Shown here piece after piece: positions 1 to 9,300 of a DNA stretch of 64,000 nt. How positions within the stretch are numbered: position 1 is the first letter of the stretch; each line of letters opens with the position of its first letter. The stretch comes from a bacterium (lineage in GTDB: Bacteria > Patescibacteriota > Andersenbacteria > UBA10190 > CAIZMI01). Below the pieces are notes generated by a model, which saw only the letters and a list, made by a program, of their open reading frames with translations, made no database searches and was not told the DNA's origin. The stretch covers positions 15,532 through 79,531 of the forward strand of contig JAUSJG010000027.1 of the NCBI GenBank assembly GCA_030647555.1, read 5' to 3'. The translations under genes and the position numbers were made by a program.

Positions 1-73
1 GAGCGACGGGGGATATTCATTGTCGGCCAATCAGGGTCCGACCCTGTTCTGCAGGGACGGACCCTGCTCGCCC
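1..73. repeat. REP-like GC-rich hairpin cluster with GGTCCGACC / GGACGGACC arms; the first 20 nt (agcgacgggggata) recur at 60262-60285
   Basis: Small inverted repeats cagggtc-c-gaccctg and caggg-acgga-ccctg read directly. Same arm motif family as 12437-12610 and 55076-55178. Confidence 0.5.
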
Positions 74-2635
74 CTACACGGTGACTTTTTGTTTTTGTTC
101 TTTTTTTATTTCTATGGGTTCGATTTTGGTTTTACCTTCAGACCAAACGACATTGAATTTGTTTCCTTCCGGAAGGGAACCTTCGATGATGCCTTGCGCG
201 ACCGGATCTTCGATTAATTCTTGGACAAACTGGCGAATTGGGCGCGCGCCTTCACCGCTATTAAAGGCGCGTTCGGCGATTTGGTCGCGGACTTCGTTGG
301 AAATTGAAGCTTCCAGGCGTTGCTTGCGGAGACGTTCCTTTAGTTCTTCTAAGTTTAGGGCGGTGATGCGACGCAGTTCCGGTAGGCCTAATGGTCGAAA
401 CACGACGATTTGATCGATACGGGAAAGTAGTTCCGGGGCCATTTCTTCGCGTAGATTACCCATCACGCGCCGTTTTACTTCATCGTAGCGTTCTTGGGAT
501 TCTTTTTTCGCGGTTTCGTCGGTGATGCCAAAACCCATCTTGGCTTCTTTGGCAAGCTCGGCTGATCCGATATTGGAAGTGAGAATGATAATTGTGTTGC
601 GGAAGTTAGCCTTTTTACCGTGCGTGTCGGTAAGTTCTCCTTCTTCCATGATTTGCAGAAGAATGTTGAAAACGTCGTGGTGGGCTTTTTCGATTTCATC
701 GAACAGAACGATAGAGTAGGGGCGACGACGAATTTTTTCTGTCAGTTTGCCACCATCTTCATAGCCGACATAGCCGGCGGGGGCGCCAATGAGACGCGAC
801 ACGGCGTGTGCTTCCATAAATTCGGACATATCCACGCGGATCAACGCATCTTCATCTTCATAGATTTCGCGCGCCAAAACTTTAGCCAGTTCGGTTTTTC
901 CAACGCCAGTTGGGCCCAAGAAAATAAACGAGCCGACCGGACGGTTTGGATTGGCGATGCCGGAACGGGAACGACGGATAAAGCGAGCCACGTTATTAAT
1001 TGCTTCTTTTTGGCCGACAATGCGACTGCCCATGGTGCGTTCGAGGTGTAGCAATTTCTTTTCTTCGGCTTTCAGGAGGCGCGTGGTGGGAATACCGGTC
1101 ATTTCGGCGATAACGGCCGCGATATCTTCACGCGTAATCGAATGGACGTGATTTTTTTCTTTTGGCATTGTGTGCAACAAATGAATTTTTTCTTCCAGAC
1201 GTTTTTCTTCTTTTTTCAAAACCAATGCTTCTTCATAGCGTTCTTCTTCAATCGCGTGATTTTTTTGCGATTGTATTTCTTGTAGTTCTTCTTTGGTTTC
1301 TTGTAGTTCGCTGGTATCGGTTTTGGATTCTGTGCCGAGTTTTAAGCGGGCAAGGGAAGCGGCTTCATCAAGTAAATCCAAAGCCTTATCCGGCAAAAAA
1401 CGCTCGGTGATGTAGCGCGTAGAAAGGGTGACGGCGGCTTCAATAGCGTCATCGGTAACTTCCAGGCCGTGATGTGTTTCATAGGCTTCGCGAACACCTT
1501 TTAAAATAGTAATTGATTCTTCTTCGGTTGATTCGCGTACTACGATTGGTTGGAAACGTCTTTCCAGGGCGGCGTCTTTTTCGATGTGTTTGCGGTATTC
1601 GTCCAGTGTTGTGGCGCCGACTACTTGTAATTCGCCGTTTGACAGAGCAGGTTTGAGGATATTGGCCGCGTCGAGTGAACCGCCGGCAGAACCGGCACCA
1701 ACAATCGTGTGCAGTTCATCAATGAAGAGTAAAACATTTGGTGTTTCTTTAACTTCGCGAAGAATTTCTTTTAAGCGTTCTTCAAATTCGCCACGGAATG
1801 TGGTGCCGGCCAAAATGGCCGCTAAATCCAAGGAAAGAATGCGTTTTTCGGCGAGATTTCCCGGCACTTTTCCACTGGCGATGCGTTGCGCGAGGCCGAT
1901 GGCAATGGCGGTTTTGCCAACGCCGGGATCGCCAATTAAGACAGGATTGTTTTTTGATTTGCGCGAAAGAATACTCATCATACGCATAATTTCTTTGTCG
2001 CGACCAATTACCGGGTCAAACTTTTTTTGCCTCGCTTGTTCCGTAAAATCGGTGCTGAAATAATCCAAACCCGGTGTTTTGGATTTAGATTTTTTTATTT
2101 GCGGTTCGGTGCCTTTGGGCATCTGGATTGGCATATTGGGCAAGCTGTTCATTCCGGAAAGGAAATTGGAGAGGTCGGGGAAATGGGCGGTGTTTTGCAA
2201 GACTGTTTTTACTTGGCGTAAGAGGGCCTTTATATCTGCCGGAGAACGTTCTAAAATGTGATAAGCGGTATTATCTTTTTGCGAAATGATGCCAAAAAGT
2301 AAATGTTCCGTGCCGATATAGCGGTGTTGGTGCTCGAAAGCTATACGCGCGGCTTTTTCAAACGCTTTTTCCGCTTGGTCGGATAATACCTCACGGAAAC
2401 CTGTTTTACGGGGGAGGGTTTCCAGTTCGGTTCTTATGTATTCCGGAGTAATATTGAATTTGCGCAAAATAGTGGCGGCAATGGAACCGGTTTCTTTGGT
2501 CATTCCGTAAAGCAGATGTTCGGTATCAATTTCTCCATGTTGAAGATCGTTCGATACTTGCGAGGCGGTCGCGAGAACATGTTTTAAACGAGTTGTAAGT
2601 TTGTCTTGGATTGGAAAATTTTTCATGTTGTGCAA
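74..2635 (-). CDS. clpC: ClpC/ClpB-family AAA+ chaperone/unfoldase (two Clp-N repeats, two nucleotide-binding domains, short coiled-coil middle domain, MGFG loop)
   Basis: 853 aa. Walker A motifs [11 protein letters not shown] and [13 protein letters not shown]-terminal Clp_N repeats ([10 protein letters not shown] / [10 protein letters not shown]). Linker of ~70 aa between NBD1 and NBD2 is ClpC-like rather than ClpB-like. MGFG tripeptide resembles the ClpP-docking loop. Confidence 0.85.
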   Translation of the reverse strand: MHNMKNFPIQDKLTTRLKHVLATASQVSNDLQHGEIDTEHLLYGMTKETGSIAATILRKFNITPEYIRTELETLPRKTGFREVLSDQAEKAFEKAARIAFEHQHRYIGTEHLLFGIISQKDNTAYHILERSPADIKALLRQVKTVLQNTAHFPDLSNFLSGMNSLPNMPIQMPKGTEPQIKKSKSKTPGLDYFSTDFTEQARQKKFDPVIGRDKEIMRMMSILSRKSKNNPVLIGDPGVGKTAIAIGLAQRIASGKVPGNLAEKRILSLDLAAILAGTTFRGEFEERLKEILREVKETPNVLLFIDELHTIVGAGSAGGSLDAANILKPALSNGELQVVGATTLDEYRKHIEKDAALERRFQPIVVRESTEEESITILKGVREAYETHHGLEVTDDAIEAAVTLSTRYITERFLPDKALDLLDEAASLARLKLGTESKTDTSELQETKEELQEIQSQKNHAIEEERYEEALVLKKEEKRLEEKIHLLHTMPKEKNHVHSITREDIAAVIAEMTGIPTTRLLKAEEKKLLHLERTMGSRIVGQKEAINNVARFIRRSRSGIANPNRPVGSFIFLGPTGVGKTELAKVLAREIYEDEDALIRVDMSEFMEAHAVSRLIGAPAGYVGYEDGGKLTEKIRRRPYSIVLFDEIEKAHHDVFNILLQIMEEGELTDTHGKKANFRNTIIILTSNIGSAELAKEAKMGFGITDETAKKESQERYDEVKRRVMGNLREEMAPELLSRIDQIVVFRPLGLPELRRITALNLEELKERLRKQRLEASISNEVRDQIAERAFNSGEGARPIRQFVQELIEDPVAQGIIEGSLPEGNKFNVVWSEGKTKIEPIEIKKEQKQKVTV

Positions 2636-2807
2636 AAGTCTTTTTAAAAGTGTAACATATGTGGGATGATAATTGCTACGAAGTTATTGTAGGGGCAATT
2701 CCAGCCGTCGCTACCCACTTCACTAAAGCTTCGAGGGTCAAGAAAGCTAAGGCCGGCAGGCATGAATTGCCCCAATAGTGACAGATAATACTTATTAATC
2801 TCGTTCA

Positions 2808-3302
2808 ATGACAAAAAATCCCATGAAAAAACGCGATAATTCTTGGTACGTGGCGACAATGCTTTTGGGTGTGCGACCGCGCTCGGTGGCGGAATTATTT
2901 GGACGGTTATCGGATAAAGGGTTTCCTCTGGACGAGGTGCAAAGAACGGTAGATAAGTGCCGAGAATTGGGTTATCTCAATGATAGGGAATTTGCCGTTG
3001 GTGTCTGTGACCAGTTGTTGGCGCGTAAAACCATGGGAAAAAAGAAGCTGTATGTGAAGTTGCGCTGGTTTGGTTTGAAGGAAGATTTAATTTCGGAAAT
3101 TATGGCGGAAAAATTGCCACCGGAAAAAGAATTAGAGATGGCGCAATATGCGGGAAATAAAAAGAAACAGCAACTGATTAAGCGAGGAACACCGAAAGAA
3201 AAATGGTACCAAAAGATCAGTCAATACTTACTTGGTCGCGGATTTTCAGGGGAAGTAGTTGGAACAACTGTGAGCGGTTTATTAAAAATGAATGATGATT
3301 GA
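2808..3302 (+). CDS. recX: RecX-like regulatory protein
   Basis: 164 aa. Pattern R..SV.EL..RL..KG...D....I.....ELGYLNDREFA and three-repeat helical layout resemble RecX. Assignment by eye only. Confidence 0.5.
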   Translation: MTKNPMKKRDNSWYVATMLLGVRPRSVAELFGRLSDKGFPLDEVQRTVDKCRELGYLNDREFAVGVCDQLLARKTMGKKKLYVKLRWFGLKEDLISEIMAEKLPPEKELEMAQYAGNKKKQQLIKRGTPKEKWYQKISQYLLGRGFSGEVVGTTVSGLLKMNDD

Positions 3303-3620
3303 TGATTTATGAACTAGAACAAATGCGGCGTCGTTCCTCCTCATCATTCATAAATCATTATTCATCATTCCATCACGCGTAATCGCTCACAGGTTAAGGA
3401 AATAGCCATAGCGATCGCTTCGGCGTTGTCAATCCGTGTTTGCGCTAACCAACACCGATCACGGAACGGAGCAACCTTGCTCCGTTCCGTGATCGGACGC
3501 GATGGTTATTCCTTAACCTGTGAGCGCGTACCATCACGCTGTTTGACAGCGTGATTCGTGTGTTTTATTATGCAGTGTTCCTGTGTTTCGTGTTCCTTTT
3601 ATCATGAAAGCGAGTAGTTT

Positions 3621-4292
3621 ATGTTTGAACGTTTCACTGATCAGGCACGGAAGGTTATGCAACTGGCCAACAGGCATGCACAACGGATGAATCTCGAATA
3701 CGTCGGCACCGAGCATATTTTACTCGGTTTGATTGAAGAAGGTTGGGGGTTGGCGGCTGTCGTGTTGAAGAATTTCGGCGTCGATTTGGGTAGGACTCGA
3801 TTGGAGGTGGAGAAGTTGGTCAAATCCGGACCCGAGATGGTCACCATTGGAAAACTGCCCCAGACGCCCAGCGCCAAGAAGGTGATCGAGTACGCGATGG
3901 AAGAGGCTCGCAATCTGAACCACAATTACATTGGCACCGAGCATATCCTGTTGGGATTGTTGCGGGAAAACGAGGGAGTTGCTGCCCAGGTGCTAATGAA
4001 CCTGGGGGTGAAGATTGGGGATGTTCGCGCGGAGGTTCTCAATGTGCTTGGACATGGCCCGGAAATCAAGAAAGAATTCCAAAAAGATTCCGCTCCCGAC
4101 GCGAATACTGTTTTGGAAGAACTCCTTGTTGCCGCCGGTAAGAAGCGCGAGGACTTGCCCGCTTTGTTGAGGGGGTTAGACAACAAAGAAAGCGATATTA
4201 GGGCTTTCATTACTTTTGTTCTGAAGCTAAGTGTCTTCAAGGAGTCTGAAATTAAAAAAGAAAATTCGGCCTCGGTTTCGGAGCAAAAGTGA
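3621..4292 (+). CDS. Stand-alone Clp N-terminal-domain protein (two Clp_N repeats, no ATPase domain)
   Basis: 223 aa. VGTEHILLGLIEEG and IGTEHILLGLLREN repeats match Clp_N. No Walker motifs. Strong hairpin plus T-run terminator immediately downstream. Confidence 0.6.
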   Translation: MFERFTDQARKVMQLANRHAQRMNLEYVGTEHILLGLIEEGWGLAAVVLKNFGVDLGRTRLEVEKLVKSGPEMVTIGKLPQTPSAKKVIEYAMEEARNLNHNYIGTEHILLGLLRENEGVAAQVLMNLGVKIGDVRAEVLNVLGHGPEIKKEFQKDSAPDANTVLEELLVAAGKKREDLPALLRGLDNKESDIRAFITFVLKLSVFKESEIKKENSASVSEQK

Positions 4293-4314
4293 TCAATTCG
4301 GGTAACCACCCCAC

Positions 4315-4343
4315 CCAGGCTTTGCAGAGCCTGGTTTTTTTTG
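4315..4343 (+). terminator. Rho-independent terminator of the Clp_N gene
   Basis: ccaggctttgcagagcctgg followed by tttttttt. Confidence 0.6.
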
Positions 4344-4371
4344 TTTTATTTTGCCGAAGCAAAATAAAACA

Positions 4372-4403
4372 ATCCCCCGTAGCTCATCAGAGCGAAGGGG
4401 GAT
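4372..4403 (-). terminator. Rho-independent terminator of htpX (minus strand)
   Basis: Hairpin atccccc-ttcgctctgatgagctac-gggggat followed on the minus strand by TTGTTTTATTTT. Confidence 0.5.
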
Positions 4404-4415
4404 GATGTGTCTTTC

Positions 4416-5303
4416 TCACCCCATTTTTTCGAGCACCGAGATGCGTTCTTCGATTGGTGGATGCGTGGAAAAAAGTTTACTGACCATTCTCCCTGAAAGG
4501 GGGTTTGTTAGGTAAAGATGAGCGGTGGCGGTATTGGCCTGGGTGACCGGCAACTGTTCTTGTTGGATTTTGCGAAAGGCGGAAATTAAGCCTTCCGGGT
4601 AGCGGGTGAGCAAGACACCCGATGCATCTGCCAGAAATTCCCGGCGTCTAGAAACGGCGAGTTGGATTAGTTGGGCGATAACAGGGGAGAGCAAGATTAG
4701 AACGACGCCGATTATTGCGAGAATTGCGCCGGCGTTGCCTTCGTTGTTATTACTGCGACGGCCACCAAATAGACGGGCGCGTAAAAATAAATCGGAAACC
4801 AAGGCGATTGTGCCCACGAAAATTGCCACAACCGTCAATAAACGAATGTCGTAATTGCCGATATGGGAAAATTCGTGGGCCAAAACTCCTTCCAACTCTT
4901 GCTTGTCCAGTTTGGCGAGCATTCCTTCGGTTACGGCGATTGATGCGTGTTTGGGATCACGTCCGGTGGCAAAGGCGTTTATTGCCGGCGAAGGGATAAT
5001 ATAGACGGCAGGAGTGGGGATTCCGGCTGTGATCGCGAGGTTTTCTACAATACGATAGAGTTCCGGCGAATCACTTTTGTTAATTTGCACGGCGGAATTG
5101 GCGGATAAGGCAATTTTGTCCCCGGCGTAGTAGCCGGTAAGAGAAGAAATGATTGAAATAATAATGGCAATTGGGAAAATTGCTGTTCCGCCTCCCTGGG
5201 TTTGATCAATGATGAAACCGAGGAGAAGGATGAACACTATAAAAAAGATAATCAATACCGCTGATCGGCGTTTATTGGAAGAGATGGAAGTGTAAACTGT
5301 CAT
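4416..5303 (-). CDS. htpX: HtpX-family M48 zinc metalloprotease, membrane-bound
   Basis: 295 aa. HEFSHI (HExxH) zinc motif. N-terminal TM helices. Classic lemA-htpX pairing. Confidence 0.8.
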   Translation of the reverse strand: MTVYTSISSNKRRSAVLIIFFIVFILLLGFIIDQTQGGGTAIFPIAIIISIISSLTGYYAGDKIALSANSAVQINKSDSPELYRIVENLAITAGIPTPAVYIIPSPAINAFATGRDPKHASIAVTEGMLAKLDKQELEGVLAHEFSHIGNYDIRLLTVVAIFVGTIALVSDLFLRARLFGGRRSNNNEGNAGAILAIIGVVLILLSPVIAQLIQLAVSRRREFLADASGVLLTRYPEGLISAFRKIQQEQLPVTQANTATAHLYLTNPLSGRMVSKLFSTHPPIEERISVLEKMG

Positions 5304-5317
5304 AATAGTTATTAATT

Positions 5318-5450
5318 TTCAATTATCAATTCCCAATTTTCAAACAATTATCAATTATTTAATTGTCAAAAGTTGCGCGTTTTGGAAAATTGAAATTTGA
5401 AAATTAATTGATAATTGGTCATTGAAAATTGATAATTTTAAATTTTAAAA
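5318..5450. promoter_or_regulatory. AT-rich upstream element of htpX; shares ~30-nt blocks (ttcaattatcaatt..., aattggtcattgaaaattga.aatttt) with the region upstream of the dsbA-like gene at 37456-37600
   Basis: Direct sequence comparison of the two intergenic regions. Both lie immediately 5' of minus-strand envelope-quality-control genes. Confidence 0.45.
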
Positions 5451-5461
5451 TCCTGTGGATT

Positions 5462-6013
5462 TTAAAATTTAACTTGTGGTACCTCTTTTTCCGCCACGTC
5501 GTCTAATTCAAAGAAAGCACGCTGTTTGAAATTGAAAGTGGAGGCGATAAAATTGCCTGGAAATACTTGCATTGCGGAGTTCATATCGCGTACATTGCCA
5601 TTGTAGAAACGACGGGAGGCTTGGATTTTGTTTTCCGTGTCGGAAAGTTCGCGCTGTAGCTCAAGAAAATTCGTATTGGCTTTCAGGTCCGGGTAGTTTT
5701 CCGCAACGGCAAAAAGCGATTTTAGGGTACCGGTTAGGGCGTTTTCCGCTTTTGCTTGGTCTTCCTGGCTTCCACTTTGCATAGCCTTTGTTCTGGCTTC
5801 AGTAACGGCCGTGAGAACACCGCTTTCGTGCGCCACGTAGCCCTTGACGGTTTCAATCAGATTGGGAATAAGATCGTGGCGACGTTTCAGTTGAACGTCA
5901 ATATCCGACCAGGCTTCGTCGGTGTTGTTTTTAAGACGGATAAAACCGTTATAGGTTATTACAACCCAAAGAACGATAGCGACGACGATTACCAGGAGGA
6001 TTAGCAACAACAT
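5462..6013 (-). CDS. lemA: LemA-family membrane protein
   Basis: 183 aa. N-terminal TM helix, then IRLKNNTDEAWSDIDVQLKRRHDLIPNLIETVKGYVAHE, typical of LemA. Confidence 0.8.
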   Translation of the reverse strand: MLLLILLVIVVAIVLWVVITYNGFIRLKNNTDEAWSDIDVQLKRRHDLIPNLIETVKGYVAHESGVLTAVTEARTKAMQSGSQEDQAKAENALTGTLKSLFAVAENYPDLKANTNFLELQRELSDTENKIQASRRFYNGNVRDMNSAMQVFPGNFIASTFNFKQRAFFELDDVAEKEVPQVKF

Positions 6014-6228
6014 ATGTTTGTATAAGGATAATGTCTATAATGTATACCGTTTTTGCAAAGGAGCAAGGAGTTGCTAATTTCTAATTTGCAATTTCTAATT
6101 TTTTCGGCATTGGGGACTGACGTAAATAACCTGTTCATATTTTGTTTAAGTACGCTTAAGAATAAGATTACTATGATTGAACAACGTAAAGTTGCGTGAC
6201 CACGTGGTTTTACGCGATGGTCGTCTAA

Positions 6229-6273
6229 AGGTATCAGGTACTTTTTTACCGGATAAAAAAGTACCTGATACCT
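6229..6273. promoter_or_regulatory. Perfect 19-bp-stem inverted repeat in the leader of the giant-protein gene
   Basis: aggtatcaggtactttttt-accggat-aaaaaagtacctgatacct, 40 bp upstream of the ATG at 6312. Also the palindrome gtgaccacgtggt at 6196-6208. Confidence 0.4.
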
Positions 6274-6311
6274 TTCGTTCTGTGCTACAATAATCCAGAA
6301 TACAAATACGT

Positions 6312-9300
6312 ATGTTAAGAACTTTTAAATCGGTCTTCCCTGGTATCCTGACTGTTGTTTTATTTATGGGTTGGTTTAGTCTTGCCACGCCGAAGCTTTT
6401 TGCGGAGGAGGGGGTTGCTTCATCACAAGAGACCAGTACCACTCCCGAAGTGGACCCGTTGGCCACTTCGGGAGTGGTACTGGGTGAAGCAACTCCCGCT
6501 TCAACACCGACACCCACTTCTGATCCAACACCAACACCAAATTCAACACCGCTACCCACTCCCGATCCCACGCCCGCTGTCACTCCCCCAATTACCCCTG
6601 TTCCTAATCCCAGTCCCACGGCTACACCGGAGGGAACTGATCCCGAGAACGAAAAACCAAATATCACCAAGACGGAAGAAGATACGGATACGGGGAAACT
6701 AGTCACTCTTTCCGCGCCGGACGAGACGGTAAATAATCAAAACGTCGTCACCGGCACCGAGATCCCCGAGATCTACAAAGTCGGTCAAGAAGGAAGAATC
6801 CAAATCAAGTGGAAAAACAACAACGATCAGGCAATGCAATTCAAGGCCGAAGATAAAAACAACAACGGCAAGCTTGATTACGTCGAGTGGACCGTTCCTC
6901 ATCTCTCCACCCAAGTCTTTGAAATCATCTACATCAGCAAAGCCTTCCAATTAGACGAGAACAAAGAAATAATCAGTGACATCTACGATAAGGTAAAGAC
7001 CCAAGATAACAACTGGGCAACAGTAAAAGATGGCCAATCTGTCCGTGTAACCTTCCAACAAGTATTGGATAATACGAAAGATATCACGATTCACGCCAGA
7101 CCAAAACAGAATCCTTTACTTTCTCTTTTTCAAGCCAAACCAAAAATCGAAGTTTATCCTGTTTATTCCACCACCCCTGAGACATCGGGGGTCCAAGCGT
7201 CCGAACCAATCGCCACGTTTCAAAGTATCGACAAAGAAAACACTTATCAAATCCTTCTCAAAGACTTAAAGACCCCTACCGATCAGTTTGATCTAAGAGT
7301 TATCAATGGCGACATTGATTTTGATTACATCGTAGATCCAGTAGGCTGGCTGACAAACTGGACTCACAGAAAGAAGATCACCATTGCCAACACCAATGTG
7401 GATGCGGATTTAACGGATTTTCCGGCACTGGTGAGCATTACTGCTGATGCGGATTTGGCAACCGCACTGGCAACTGGCTACGACATCAGGTTCACGGATT
7501 CCGGCGGAAGCACTTTGCTTTCCTACGAACGAGAATCTTGGTCAGGAGGCGCAGGCGCCAGCGCCACAGGAATCTTCTGGGTCAAAGTGCCAACCATCGA
7601 CGACACCGTGGACACCGACATTTATGTGTACTACGGCAAAAGTGACGCCGTCGACGGCCAATCGGCCGTCAATGTGTGGGATAGCAATTACAAAGGCGTG
7701 TGGCACATGGACGACGGGGCAGACACAAGCCACATTAACGATTCGACTTCCAATGGAAAAACCGGAACAAAGGAGGGGGCAGCAACACCTTCGCAAACAA
7801 CAGGATTGATCGGAAAGGCACAAAGCTTTGCCGCGCAACAAATCTCCACATCGAATATCGGGGTTTCTACGGTCGCTGGCGATAAAACAACGGTAGATTT
7901 TTGGATGAAGTGGGACGGAACGGACGAAGTGATGCCGTTCGGATTCGCGGCCTACGACCTGTATATGCATTTATCCGGCATAGGATTCAATTCCGCGCAA
8001 GGCGATGTATATGGCATCCCGACGACCGGATTCTCCGGGAACTGGAAGCACATAACGGCTGTGTTTTTTAACGGAGCATACACGGGGAATACGAAGATCT
8101 ATGTCAACGGAGTCTCCCAAACACTGACGCAGCTGTTTGGAGGCGCAGGAAGCGCGACCGTCAGCGTCAATCCTATGATCAGTGGCTGGGGATATAATTC
8201 GGGGTATAAATTTTCCGGATTATTGGATGACGTGAGAATATCGAATCTTGAGCGCTCTGCGGAGTGGATTAAGTTTGAATATTATAATCAAAGCTCGGCA
8301 AATGCAGAACTTACTTTTGCAAGCCAAGAAAACAATGTAAGCTGGTTGGCTGGCTGGAGCAATAGAAAGAAAATCACTATTGATCATACTAAAGTTGGTG
8401 GAGGCACTGAAACCCAAACCAACTTCCCGGTTCTTATTTCCCTCACAGGCTTATCCGGCATCAATGCCAATGGCACCGACATCAGATTCACTGCTGATGA
8501 TGGTGGAACATATCTTGCCCGCGAAATTGAAAGTTATTCCGCCGGCGCCCTTACCGCCTGGGTGAAAATTCCAACATTATCCCACACCGCAGACACCGTG
8601 ATTTATATGTACTATGGCAATAGTAGCGCTACCGAGCCCGCCGCCAATTCCACGTATGGAAGCCAAAATGTGTGGGACAGCAGTTTTAAAGGCGTGTGGC
8701 ATTTGAAGGAAGCAACAGGAGTAAACAATGCCGACTCAACCAGCAACGCCAACACAGGAACGCCAACGAATGGTCCAGTGCAAGCCACAGGGAAAGTTGA
8801 TGGCTCATTGAGCTTTGATGGGGGGGATGATTATGTAAATGTAGGAACTATTATTAATGTCGGCAACACGTTTAGCGTCGATGCTTGGTTCAACGCCAAT
8901 GAAGTAAAGACAGCCGGTTTAGTTTCAGTAATTGATTCAGGTGGGGACGGTCACTATGGCATTTGGACGAGAAACGACGGCACTGTTGAACTAATACTAG
9001 ACTGGTCGACTGGATGGACAAGTGTATCAACCACATATAGCACAAACAATTGGATACATATTATTGGCACATTTGATGGTACAACACTTCGTCTTTACAA
9101 AAATGGAATACTAGCGATTTCAAATACACCATCTGGTACTCCGATAAATGCTTCCAACAACTTAGTAATTGGAGCGATAACGGCAGCGAGCTTTCCATTC
9201 AACGGTCTCCTCGATGACACTCGCGTTTCCTCCACCGCTCGCTCCGCAGGTTGGATTGCTACCGAGTATGCCAACCAAAACTCTCCGGGGACTTTTTATG

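Noticed and set aside
6146-6706. 186-aa minus-strand ORF and 6355-6702 plus-strand alternative-frame ORF
   Set aside because: Both lie within the Pro/Thr-rich low-complexity linker of the giant-protein gene. Their translations (GVGSGV..., PLPIPRPL...) are frame-shifted or antisense readings of that repeat.
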